From the NCBI GenBank assembly GCA_965115835.1, contig OZ220471.1, positions 1,292,401 through 1,356,400 of the forward strand: a stretch of 64,000 bases of DNA, given 5' to 3'. The notes below the pieces were generated by a model. It saw only the letters and a program-made list of their open reading frames with translations, did not search any database and was not told the origin of the DNA. The DNA is from Gammaproteobacteria bacterium. GTDB taxonomy: Bacteria > Pseudomonadota > Gammaproteobacteria > Steroidobacterales > Foliamicaceae. Below, one piece after another: positions 29,655 through 38,313 of this stretch (the stretch's first letter is position 1; each line of letters begins with the position of its first letter). Made by a program: the position numbers and the translations under genes.

Positions 29655-31063
29655 GTGCGAACCTCCTGCTTGCGCAACGGATCGAGAGTTTCCTTGACCT
29701 CATAGATTGATACGGCAGGAAACACCTTCACGAACAGGAGAAACAGCGTGGTGAAGACGGCAAACGACCCCACCGTAATGGAAATCTCGACCAGACTGGG
29801 AAAATACACGCCGAACACATCAGGCAGGAATTTGCGCGGCAGGGAGCTGGCGACGATGATGAAGCGTTCCGTCAGCATGCCGATATTGATCAGGATGGAA
29901 ATCGCCAGCATCACATTCCAGTTCCGGCGGATCCGGCGCGAGAACAGCAGCAGCGGAACCAGGGCGCAAAAGACGATCATTTCCCAATACAGCCAGGCGT
30001 ACGGGCCGCCGCGGATCCTGGAAGCGATGGCCTCGTTTTCGTACGGCGTGTCGGCGTACCAGCCGGTCCTGAAAGCGATGGCCTCGTTCTCGTACGGCGT
30101 GTCGGCGTACCAGCCGGTAAACATCTCGCAGATGTTGATATAGGTCCATATCAGCGACAGCACCAGCAACAGCTTGGAGAGGTTGTCGATATGAAGCTTG
30201 CCGATATAGCGGCCGAAGCCCATGTAGCGCCGCAGCATCCACATCACGGTCACGATGCCCGCAGTGCCCGAATAGATCGCGCCGCAAACGAAATAGGGCG
30301 CGAATATGGTCTGGTGCAGCCCGGGCACCGTGGACATGGCGAAGTCCCATGACACGATGGAGTGCACCGAGACCGCCAGCGGGATCACGAGCACGGCGAA
30401 GAAGGTGTAGGCCCAGCCCAGGGTGTGCCATTCATGCCCGGTCCCGCGCCAGCCAAAGGACAGGATCGCGTAGATCCGGCGGCGCAAGCCCGTGGAGGCG
30501 TCGCGAACCGCCGCGAAGTCCGGCAGGGATCCCATGTAGATGAACACGCTGCTCGCAGTCAGGTAGGTCATGATGGCCATGACGTCGAACATCAGCGGCG
30601 AGCGGAAGTTCGGCCACAGCTCCATCGGGTTGGGGATCGGAAAGGTCCAGTGCACGAACCACAGCCTTCCCACATGCACCATCACGAACATGGCGGCGGT
30701 CATCAGCGAAAACAGCGTCATCGCCTCGGCGCTGCGGTAGATCGACTTGCGCCAGTCCGACTGGGTGATGTGCAGCACCGCCGACAGCAGCGTTCCGGAG
30801 TGGCTCAGGCCGATCCAGAAAATGAAGTTCGACAGGTACGTGCCCCACATGGCGTTGCGGTTCATGCCCGCAGCGCCCACCCCCACGCCGATCTGGTAAA
30901 TCCAGGGGGCAATGAAGAACAGCAGGGCCACGCTGGCCGAAATGCCCAGCGTTACCCAGTAGCGCCACGTGGTGGTGGTGAGCGCCTTGATAACATCGCG
31001 GTTGACCTCGGCGTAGGTGGGTTCGCCGTGGTCGAACATCTGTTGGCGCAGCACAGAAGACAT
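29651..31063 (-). CDS. actC: Alternative Complex III quinol-interacting membrane subunit ActC (NrfD/PsrC-like)
   Basis: This is a 470-aa polytopic protein directly downstream of the Fe-S subunit. It contains an in-frame 17-aa tandem duplication, listed separately as a repeat. Confidence 0.8.
   Translation of the reverse strand: MSSVLRQQMFDHGEPTYAEVNRDVIKALTTTTWRYWVTLGISASVALLFFIAPWIYQIGVGVGAAGMNRNAMWGTYLSNFIFWIGLSHSGTLLSAVLHITQSDWRKSIYRSAEAMTLFSLMTAAMFVMVHVGRLWFVHWTFPIPNPMELWPNFRSPLMFDVMAIMTYLTASSVFIYMGSLPDFAAVRDASTGLRRRIYAILSFGWRGTGHEWHTLGWAYTFFAVLVIPLAVSVHSIVSWDFAMSTVPGLHQTIFAPYFVCGAIYSGTAGIVTVMWMLRRYMGFGRYIGKLHIDNLSKLLLVLSLIWTYINICEMFTGWYADTPYENEAIAFRTGWYADTPYENEAIASRIRGGPYAWLYWEMIVFCALVPLLLFSRRIRRNWNVMLAISILINIGMLTERFIIVASSLPRKFLPDVFGVYFPSLVEISITVGSFAVFTTLFLLFVKVFPAVSIYEVKETLDPLRKQEVRT
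30017..30118. repeat. perfectly in-frame tandem duplication, 2 x 51 bp, inside actC
   Basis: Copies 30017..30067 and 30068..30118 differ at 2 of 51 positions. They encode GWYADTPYENEAIAFRT followed by GWYADTPYENEAIASRI. Confidence 0.9.
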
Positions 31064-31065
31064 GC

Positions 31066-31917
31066 TCAGGCTCCCGCGCTGCCGCTATCCGCCCACCGGG
31101 GTTCGCCGGCTGCCGCATGGTCTCCGGCGGCAGCGCGCCCGTGATGATTGCCGCCGTGGCCGGCGGGCAAGGGAGCGCGCGCATTGCGGAGATACCAAAC
31201 GCTCGGCTCGGTGTTGAGCGCCTTCAGCACCGTATAGGCGCGGGAGTCCCTCACCTTGCGCGATACGGCGCTTTCCGGGTCGTTGCGGTCGCCGAACACG
31301 ATCGCGTCCGTGGGACAGGCCTGGGCGCAGGCAGGCTGCGCCTCGCCGTCGGCCACCCGGCGGTCTTCGTCGCGCGCCCGGTCCTTGGCGCGATTGATGC
31401 GCTGGATGCAGAATGTGCATTTCTCCATTACGCCCTTTTCACGCACCGTCACGTCCGGGTTGAGCTGCTGTTCCAGCGGCTCCTCCCAGGTGTAGGTGAA
31501 CCAGTTGAAGAAGCGCACCTCGTACGGGCAATACACCGCACAGGTGCGGGTGCCGATGCAGCGGTTGTACACCTGGGCGTTGAGTCCGTCCGGGTTGTGG
31601 TAGGTGGCGAACACCGGGCAGGCGATCTCGCAGGGCGCCTTATCGCAGTGCTGGCAGAGCATGGGAATGAAATTCAGCCGCGCGTCGGGGTATTCCCCGT
31701 CCCAGTAGCGCTCTATCCGGATCCACTTCATCTCGCGGCCCTGGCGGATGCGCTTCTCGCCCACGACCGGCAGGTTGTTCTCGGCCTGACAGGCCACCAC
31801 GCAAGCCTCGCAGCCCGTGCAGCGGTCCAGGTCGATAGCCATGGTCCAGTGGTAGTCGAACTTCGGGTAGTACCTGTCCGTTCGGTATTTGCGCAAGGTG
31901 TCCCTGATCGTGCTCAT
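31066..31917 (-). CDS. actB: Alternative Complex III Fe-S subunit (ActB2 module, separate gene)
   Basis: Cys clusters are CTGCEACVVAC, CQHCDKAPCEIACP, CIGTRTCAVYCP and CTFC...CAQACP. Confidence 0.8.
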   Translation of the reverse strand: MSTIRDTLRKYRTDRYYPKFDYHWTMAIDLDRCTGCEACVVACQAENNLPVVGEKRIRQGREMKWIRIERYWDGEYPDARLNFIPMLCQHCDKAPCEIACPVFATYHNPDGLNAQVYNRCIGTRTCAVYCPYEVRFFNWFTYTWEEPLEQQLNPDVTVREKGVMEKCTFCIQRINRAKDRARDEDRRVADGEAQPACAQACPTDAIVFGDRNDPESAVSRKVRDSRAYTVLKALNTEPSVWYLRNARAPLPAGHGGNHHGRAAAGDHAAAGEPRWADSGSAGA

Positions 31918-31921
31918 TGTC

Positions 31922-34120
31922 CTAATGCTTCTCGTCCGGCCCGAGGATCTGTCGGCCCAATGCGCGGCTCACGCCGCCGGGGCCGCCGCCGGTTCTGGTA
32001 AGGCGCCCCCGCTTGCCCGAAACGCGCAGGGCAACCCGGGTAGCCGCCCAGGCGAGCGCCCCGGTGACCGCATCGGCTCGCGCCGCCAGCAGCGAGGCGG
32101 CGTTCGCCCCGCGACCTTTCGCATAGCGGCCGTTGGCGCGGTGGCCGTGCCCCAACGGCATGGCGATCACGTCCGGGCGCACGCCGGGATACTTCACCAC
32201 AGGCACGCTCAGCTTGCCGGCCGGGGATCGCAATTCCACCAGATCCCCGGTGTGCAGGCCGAGACTCTCGGCGGTGGCGGGATTCACCTCCGCCCAGCTT
32301 CCGTACACGACGCTGGTCAGCGGATCCGGCAATTCCTGTATCCAGGGCAGGTTGGCGCCCGCGCCCTCGCGAAAGCCCTGCGTGACATAGGGGTGAAAGA
32401 AGAACGGGAACTCGGACTCGTCGCCCGCAAACTCGGCGTCAGGCACCGATTGCGGCATGGCCATCCGGTCGGAAAGCGTATCCGCCATTCCCTCCGCCAG
32501 CGGCGCTGCCCAAACCCCATCCTGCTGGGCGCGCCGGAAGCGGGCGTCGAAGTCGCCGGACACCCCCAGGGATTCCCATGCCCTGGCCCATTCCGCGCGG
32601 GTAAACGCCCGCGCGTCCTCATGGGGCAGCGCCTCGGCGGCCGCGCCGCCAAGGCGGGCGGCCAGCCGCAACACGATATCGGTAATCGACAGGGTGTCGT
32701 ACAGGCGCGGCCGCACCGGCTGCTGCAGGGTGACCGCCAGCATGCCGGCGCCCGGCGAGGAAATATCGTCCCCCCAGGTCTCCAGGAAGTTGTCGGTAGC
32801 CAGGATCCAGTCGGCCATGGTGGCCGAGTCGTTGAGGAAGCTGTCCAGGCTCACAACCCGGTCGGCCTGCTCCAGCGCTTCCCGGACGCCCAGCGATTCG
32901 GGCAGGTCGTGCACCGGATCGACGCCAGCGAGAATGACCAGCGAGACCTCGCCGTTGGCGGCGGCGGCGGCAAACGCCTCGATGTCCGGCACACCGGAAT
33001 AGGCCGTTGCATGTCCCAGACCGGGCAGCACGGTCTTGCCGGCCGCTCCCAGAACGCGATTGAGGGCGGCAACCGCGGTGAGCGCAACCGTTGCGTTACT
33101 GCCCGCGCCGACCGCGCCCCCGCCCAGTGCAAGCGGCGCCCTGGCGGCAGCCAGACGATCGCCCAGGGCCTCCACGCGAGCTACCGGCAGGCCGGCATAT
33201 CGGGCCGCTTCGGCAAGGCTCATCGCCTCGCCACGATCGACCCGGGACGCGACCTCCGCACCGCCGTGGCCGCGCCGCAGCATCTCGGCCGCCAGCGCAA
33301 GGGCCAGCGCGCCCTCTGTCCCCGGCCGCGCCGGAAGCCACTCGTCGGCGTTGGCGCCGGTAAGCGACAGACGCGGTTCGATCTGCGCCAGATGGCCGCG
33401 CCCGCCTCTGGCGCCATGGCGAAAATCGCCGTACGCCTTGGCGTAGGCGACCGGCGAGCGCCAGGAACCGAGGAAATCGGCGCCGAACGAAACCACCAGA
33501 TCCGCGTTCGCAATGTCGTAGTGCGGAAGCCCCGAAAAACCGTAGGCCGCCCCGGCCGCCGCCAGTTCCGCGGCGGTGGTGTCCAGGGCAAGCCGCCGCA
33601 CATTGGCGTTCAACGCACTGGAGAGGCGGCTCAGCGCTTCTTCTCCGGAACTCAGGGCGCCGCCGGTGAGCACCCAGATGCGACTGCCCATGCCGGCCGA
33701 TTGCAGGGCGCCGAGTTGCGACGCCAGCTCTTCCAGGGCCTCGTCCCAGGAGGTCGGAACAAATCCGCCCTGCCCGTCGGCGCGCATGGGGGAGCGAAGG
33801 CGATCGGGGTTGTACAGGGCGGTCAGGGAAGCCTGGCCCAGCGCGCAGGCGCCGCCGCGATTCACCGGGTGCCCGACATTCCCCTCGATCTTCTTGGCCT
33901 GGCCTTCGCGCACCCTCACGGAAATGCCGCAGCCAGCCGGACACATGCGGCACAGCGTGTTGTACCAGGTGTCCAGACCCGGCGAGAAATCCTCCGGGGG
34001 AACATGGGTGGAAAGCAGGGATTCCAGGGGCCTCTGGTTGACCTCGCCCAGCAACAGGCCCAGGCCCGCGCCCACGCCTCCGGCGCCGGCAAACTTGAAG
34101 ATATCCCTGCGACTTGCCAC
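31922..34120 (-). CDS. actB: Alternative Complex III molybdopterin-oxidoreductase-like subunit (ActB1 module), Tat-exported
   Basis: The Tat signal is MASRRDIFKFAGAGGVGAG. An N-terminal CRMCPAGCG cluster motif is present and the length is typical of the MopB family. Confidence 0.8.
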   Translation of the reverse strand: MASRRDIFKFAGAGGVGAGLGLLLGEVNQRPLESLLSTHVPPEDFSPGLDTWYNTLCRMCPAGCGISVRVREGQAKKIEGNVGHPVNRGGACALGQASLTALYNPDRLRSPMRADGQGGFVPTSWDEALEELASQLGALQSAGMGSRIWVLTGGALSSGEEALSRLSSALNANVRRLALDTTAAELAAAGAAYGFSGLPHYDIANADLVVSFGADFLGSWRSPVAYAKAYGDFRHGARGGRGHLAQIEPRLSLTGANADEWLPARPGTEGALALALAAEMLRRGHGGAEVASRVDRGEAMSLAEAARYAGLPVARVEALGDRLAAARAPLALGGGAVGAGSNATVALTAVAALNRVLGAAGKTVLPGLGHATAYSGVPDIEAFAAAAANGEVSLVILAGVDPVHDLPESLGVREALEQADRVVSLDSFLNDSATMADWILATDNFLETWGDDISSPGAGMLAVTLQQPVRPRLYDTLSITDIVLRLAARLGGAAAEALPHEDARAFTRAEWARAWESLGVSGDFDARFRRAQQDGVWAAPLAEGMADTLSDRMAMPQSVPDAEFAGDESEFPFFFHPYVTQGFREGAGANLPWIQELPDPLTSVVYGSWAEVNPATAESLGLHTGDLVELRSPAGKLSVPVVKYPGVRPDVIAMPLGHGHRANGRYAKGRGANAASLLAARADAVTGALAWAATRVALRVSGKRGRLTRTGGGPGGVSRALGRQILGPDEKH

Positions 34121-34124
34121 GACG

Positions 34125-34751
34125 TCAATAATGGCAGGTCAAGCAGTCCCGGCCGTTGTCCACCTGCCGCTCGGTGTGGCAATCGATGCACCAGGGCATC
34201 CGCAGGTTCTCGTTGATGTCGACGCGGCGGGCAACCCGTTCCATTTCTTCCACCGGACCGTGGCATTCCTGGCACGCGACCCCGGCGCGAATATGCGGCT
34301 TGTGACGGAAATGGACGAAATCGGGCGTGTCATGCACCTTGACCCAGGCGATCCCCTCGCCCCGCTCCCAGTAGTCGAACAGTTTCTGCACTTCAGGCCG
34401 GTCGCGAACCTCGCCCAGGCCCTTGTGACATCCCACGCAGGTTTCCACGCTGGGCACGCCGGCAGTGGCCGAACGATCCGCCCAGGCATGGCAATACTCG
34501 CAGGGAATCCCGTTATCACCCGCGTGGATCCTGTGGCTGAACTCGATCGGCTGGACCGGAGTGTGGTCGTTCAGCCATGCGCCGTGCGCCCAATGGCCGA
34601 CAAACGCCCCGACAACTATCATCACGGCAACCAGCAGGCCTGTGAAAACGGGCCTTGCGGCCTCGAGCACCGAAATCGACAAGATCAACTCCACGCCTTG
34701 ACGGCGCGCGATTATAGACCCTTCCCGCCGCTCTGCCCACCGGCGGCGCAA
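34125..34751 (-). CDS. actA: Alternative Complex III pentaheme cytochrome c subunit ActA
   Basis: There are five CxxCH motifs (CEYCH, CVGCH, CQECH, CIDCH, CLTCH) after one TM helix. The start is uncertain and may be an internal TTG or GTG. Confidence 0.8.
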   Translation of the reverse strand: MRRRWAERREGSIIARRQGVELILSISVLEAARPVFTGLLVAVMIVVGAFVGHWAHGAWLNDHTPVQPIEFSHRIHAGDNGIPCEYCHAWADRSATAGVPSVETCVGCHKGLGEVRDRPEVQKLFDYWERGEGIAWVKVHDTPDFVHFRHKPHIRAGVACQECHGPVEEMERVARRVDINENLRMPWCIDCHTERQVDNGRDCLTCHY

Positions 34752-35014
34752 CGAAGCCGGATCACGGCGCCGGCATCCGCCAACAGCGGCCGATCAAGGC
34801 CGAGTCGTCCAGAAACCGAAAAGAGCAAGCCCAATTGGCAGCAACCAGTGAAAACATGAAATCGGACAAGATGTTGTGAAGTCTCATCCTGTCCTGGTGT
34901 GAGATACGCGGTCTACAATGCCCATCATGTGGCCCAGCCCATGGGGCTGCTTCGCGCCGGATTGCATTGCGGCTGCGTGAGCGGGAAATTGATCTACTCC
35001 GGAAACGAAACCTC

Positions 35015-36547
35015 GTGATCTTTCGCCCCCGGCAAATCCCGAGGGCAACGGCAACGCTTCTTGCCCTGGCGCTGGCCAGCGCGGCGCCCAGCCTTTCGGG
35101 CAGCGACGCGATGCTGCGCATGGCGGTGGTGAATCTGCCATCCAGTTTCGGCGACCCGTTCCGCGCCGTGGGCATTCCGGGCGATTTCGTGTGGCGGCAG
35201 ATATTCGACTCCCTCACGGAGAGCGGCGAAGACGGGCGCATTGCGCCCTTGCTGGCCAGACGCTGGGAGAATCCGAGCCCCTGTACCTGGCGTTTCGAGC
35301 TGCGTGAGGGGGTGCGCTTTTCCAATGGCAGGTCGTTCAACGCGGAGGCGGCGGGGCGGGTGCTGCGATGGCTGATGAGCGCCGAGGGTCAGGCCACGGT
35401 TGCAGGGTCCGAGTTGCGCGGCCTGCTCAGCGTGGAGGCTCCGGGTTCGCACACGCTGGTCGTCACCACGAAAACACCCGATCCGATACTGCCCAACCGC
35501 CTTGCGGTGGTGATGATGATCGATCCGCAAGCCTTTTCCGAGCTGGGCCGGCAAGGCTTTTCGCGACAACCCGTGGGCACCGGATCCTACATCGTGGAAG
35601 ATTGGCAAAACCGCAACGGCGCCCTCCTTCTGACTCCGAACCCCCATGCCTGGCGCCCGCCGCGAACACCACAGGTGGAGGTCTACCCGCTGCGCGACCA
35701 CGCCTCGCGTTTCCAGGCGGCGCTTTCGGGACAACTCGACATCGCCATGTCGCTGCGCCCCGAGCAACTGCAAGCGTTTGCAGAAAGGGGCTTTACCACG
35801 CACATCGATTCGCTGCGCCAGATCACCTCGCTGGCCTTCGACGTGACCGGGCATGCCGACACCCCGATCGGTGACGTCCGGGTTCGTCAGGCGCTCAACC
35901 ATGCGGTGAACCGCAAAGCCTTGTCGGACGACATCATGGCTGGCTTCGCCCCGCCGGCCAGCCAGGGATCCTCGCCTGGTGTGTTCGGGCACAACCGGGC
36001 GCTCAAGCCCTACCCCTTCGACCCGCAAAAGGCCAGGGCGCTGCTCGCCGCCGCCGGTTATCCGCAAGGATTCTCCATGGAGGTCCAGGTGGTTACCGGA
36101 ACCTATTCCAACGATCTGGAAGTGTTCGCCAAGGTGCAACAGGACCTGGCGGCCGTGGGCGTGACAGCGACTTTCCGCGCGACGCTGTTCTCGGACTGGA
36201 TCCGCCAGTATGTCCAGGGCGCCTGGCGCAGCGAAGCCTTCTCCATTGGCTGGAACACCGCGCCGCACAACGATGCCTTGCGGCCCATGGAGTACTTTTC
36301 CTGCCTGAAGAACCGGCCGTTTTTCTGCGACGAATCGCTGAACGAGCCGCTCGCTGCGGCCGCCCGGGAAATGGATCCGGCCCGCAGGGAAGCAATGCTT
36401 CAGGATCTGGCGATCGAATACCGCAACCGCGCGCCGAGCCTCCTGCTGCTTCAGTACGGACATATCTGGGTGGTTTCCCGGGAGGTGCGCGGCTTTCGGC
36501 TGCGAGCCCGTGTGCCGCAGCTCTACCGCATGGAACTGGCCCGATGA
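35015..36547 (+). CDS. ABC transporter substrate-binding protein, family 5 (peptide/nickel/opine type)
   Basis: The GTG at 35015 gives a signal-like N-terminus, ATATLLALALASAAPSLSG. Motifs LARRWENPSPCTWRFELREGVRFSNG and VGTGSYIV are typical of DppA/OppA-like proteins. The ORF could also start at 34967. Confidence 0.75.
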   Translation: MIFRPRQIPRATATLLALALASAAPSLSGSDAMLRMAVVNLPSSFGDPFRAVGIPGDFVWRQIFDSLTESGEDGRIAPLLARRWENPSPCTWRFELREGVRFSNGRSFNAEAAGRVLRWLMSAEGQATVAGSELRGLLSVEAPGSHTLVVTTKTPDPILPNRLAVVMMIDPQAFSELGRQGFSRQPVGTGSYIVEDWQNRNGALLLTPNPHAWRPPRTPQVEVYPLRDHASRFQAALSGQLDIAMSLRPEQLQAFAERGFTTHIDSLRQITSLAFDVTGHADTPIGDVRVRQALNHAVNRKALSDDIMAGFAPPASQGSSPGVFGHNRALKPYPFDPQKARALLAAAGYPQGFSMEVQVVTGTYSNDLEVFAKVQQDLAAVGVTATFRATLFSDWIRQYVQGAWRSEAFSIGWNTAPHNDALRPMEYFSCLKNRPFFCDESLNEPLAAAAREMDPARREAMLQDLAIEYRNRAPSLLLLQYGHIWVVSREVRGFRLRARVPQLYRMELAR

Positions 36548-37470
36548 TCCGGTCCGGTCTGGCCCAGCGTGCGGCAAGGCTGGCGACTCTCCTGCTGGGC
36601 GTCAATGCGCTGCTTTTCATTGCGCTGAACATGGCGGGCGACCCGGCGATGCTGCTGGCGGGGGAAGACGCACAACCGGAACTGGTTGAGCGCATCCGCG
36701 CCGAGCACGGGCTGGACCTGCCGGCCTGGCGGCGTTATCTGGTTCAACTCGGGCGCATGGCGCGGCTCGACTTCGGCGCCTCCCTGTACACCGGCCAGGC
36801 GGCGCTGGCAATGGTGCTGGAGCAGCTTCCGGGCACACTGCTGATGGCGGCGCTCGGTATGGGCCTGACGCTGGTCACGGCGATTCCCGCCGGCGTCTGG
36901 CTGGGGGCGCATCCCCAGGCGCCGTCCCGGCGTCTGGGCGCGTTGCTGACTACCATCGCCCAGGGCATTCCGGGGTTTGTGGCGGCGCTCGCCCTGATCC
37001 AGGTATTCGTGGCGCAACTGGGCTGGCTGCCATCCCTCGGTTACGCACGGCCCGCCGCCTGGATTCTGCCCAGCGTCTCCCTGGGCTTCTTCCTGGCGCC
37101 CAAGCTGTGCCGCATCGTCAGTGCGGGCGTGGCCGAAGCCATGCAGGAGGATTACATCCGTACCGCGCGAGCCAATGGCGCGAGCCCGCGCTTCATTCTG
37201 TGGCGCGAAGCCCTGCCCGCCGCCCTGCCGGCCGCCGTGGCGCTGATTGGCACGCAGTTCGCGTTCCTGATATCGGGCGTCGTGCTGATCGAGACGCTGT
37301 TCCTGTGGCCGGGCCTGGGACTGCTGCTGCTGCGCTCCGCCCAGACCCTGGACTTTCCGGTACTGCAGGCGATCAGCTTCGTGGTGGCGCTTTTGGTGTT
37401 CGCCGCCAACAGTCTGGCGGATGCCGCGCTGCGCCTGATCGACCCCCGGCTGCAGCCGGCCGCGCAATGA
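36544..37470 (+). CDS. ABC transporter permease (DppB-like)
   Basis: The 308-aa polytopic product carries an EAA-like loop (EDYIRTARANGASPRFILWREALP). It overlaps the SBP gene by 4 nt. Confidence 0.8.
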   Translation: MIRSGLAQRAARLATLLLGVNALLFIALNMAGDPAMLLAGEDAQPELVERIRAEHGLDLPAWRRYLVQLGRMARLDFGASLYTGQAALAMVLEQLPGTLLMAALGMGLTLVTAIPAGVWLGAHPQAPSRRLGALLTTIAQGIPGFVAALALIQVFVAQLGWLPSLGYARPAAWILPSVSLGFFLAPKLCRIVSAGVAEAMQEDYIRTARANGASPRFILWREALPAALPAAVALIGTQFAFLISGVVLIETLFLWPGLGLLLLRSAQTLDFPVLQAISFVVALLVFAANSLADAALRLIDPRLQPAAQ

Positions 37471-38313
37471 GCTTGCCCTCAAGCCTGCGACGGGGGCTGG
37501 AACCGTTTCGCGTGGCGCCGCAACTGGCCGCGGGCGTGGCCGCTCTTTCCGGGTGGCTGCTCCTGCTGGCGCTGGCAAGCGTACTGCAGACCCACGACCC
37601 GCAAGCTGGCGACCTGAGCCTGCGCTTTGCGCCTGCCGGCACGGCAAACCATTGGCTGGGAACCGACAACCTCGGCCGCGACCTGTGGTCGCGCGTGCTG
37701 TCCGGGCTGCCGTGGTCGGTGGGCGTCGCCTCGGTCTCCTGCCTGATCGCGCTGCTGCTGGGCGGGACCCTCGGCATGTGCGCGGCGCAGTTTCAGGGTT
37801 GGCCGCGCGCCATCATCAATCAGTTGGTGGACGCAACCTTGTCGTTCCCGGGACTGGTGGCGGCGATCATCATCGTGGCGGTGGCGGGCAGGGGCTTCTG
37901 GCCACTGAGCGTCACTCTGGGACTCCTGAGCTGGCCGGTATTTGCCCGGGTAGTTCATGCAGAGAGCCTGCGCCTGCTCGCGCAGGACTACGTGACCGCC
38001 GCGCGGGTCATTGGCAGTGTGCACGCCGCGCATCCTGCTGGGCCATGTCCTGCCCGGTCTCAGGCCAGTGCTCTCCGTAGTGCTTACCTTCCATTTCGCC
38101 GATATGCTGGTGGCCGAGAGCGCGCTCTCTTTCCTGGGCCTGGGAGCGCCGCTGGGCGTACCCACCTGGGGTGCGCTGCTGCAGGAATCCCGTGATTTCC
38201 TGCTCGTCGCTCCCTGGCTGATGGTGGTTCCGGGCACGGCCATTGCCTTGCTGGTGGTGTCCATTCACCTTTTGGGAGACGGTTTGCGCGTGCTCGACCG
38301 GGAGCAAGCGTGA
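37467..38313 (+). pseudogene. ABC transporter permease (DppC-like) interrupted by a +1 frame break near 38010-38030
   Basis: The N-terminal frame from ATG 37467 reads ...DYVTAARVIGSV and then becomes Arg/Pro-rich junk until the stop at 38195. The conserved continuation PRILLGHVLPGLRPVL...SFLGLGAP...LLGDGLR lies in the +1 frame (ORF 38011..38313). The total span is 847 nt, which is 3n+1. Confidence 0.7.
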
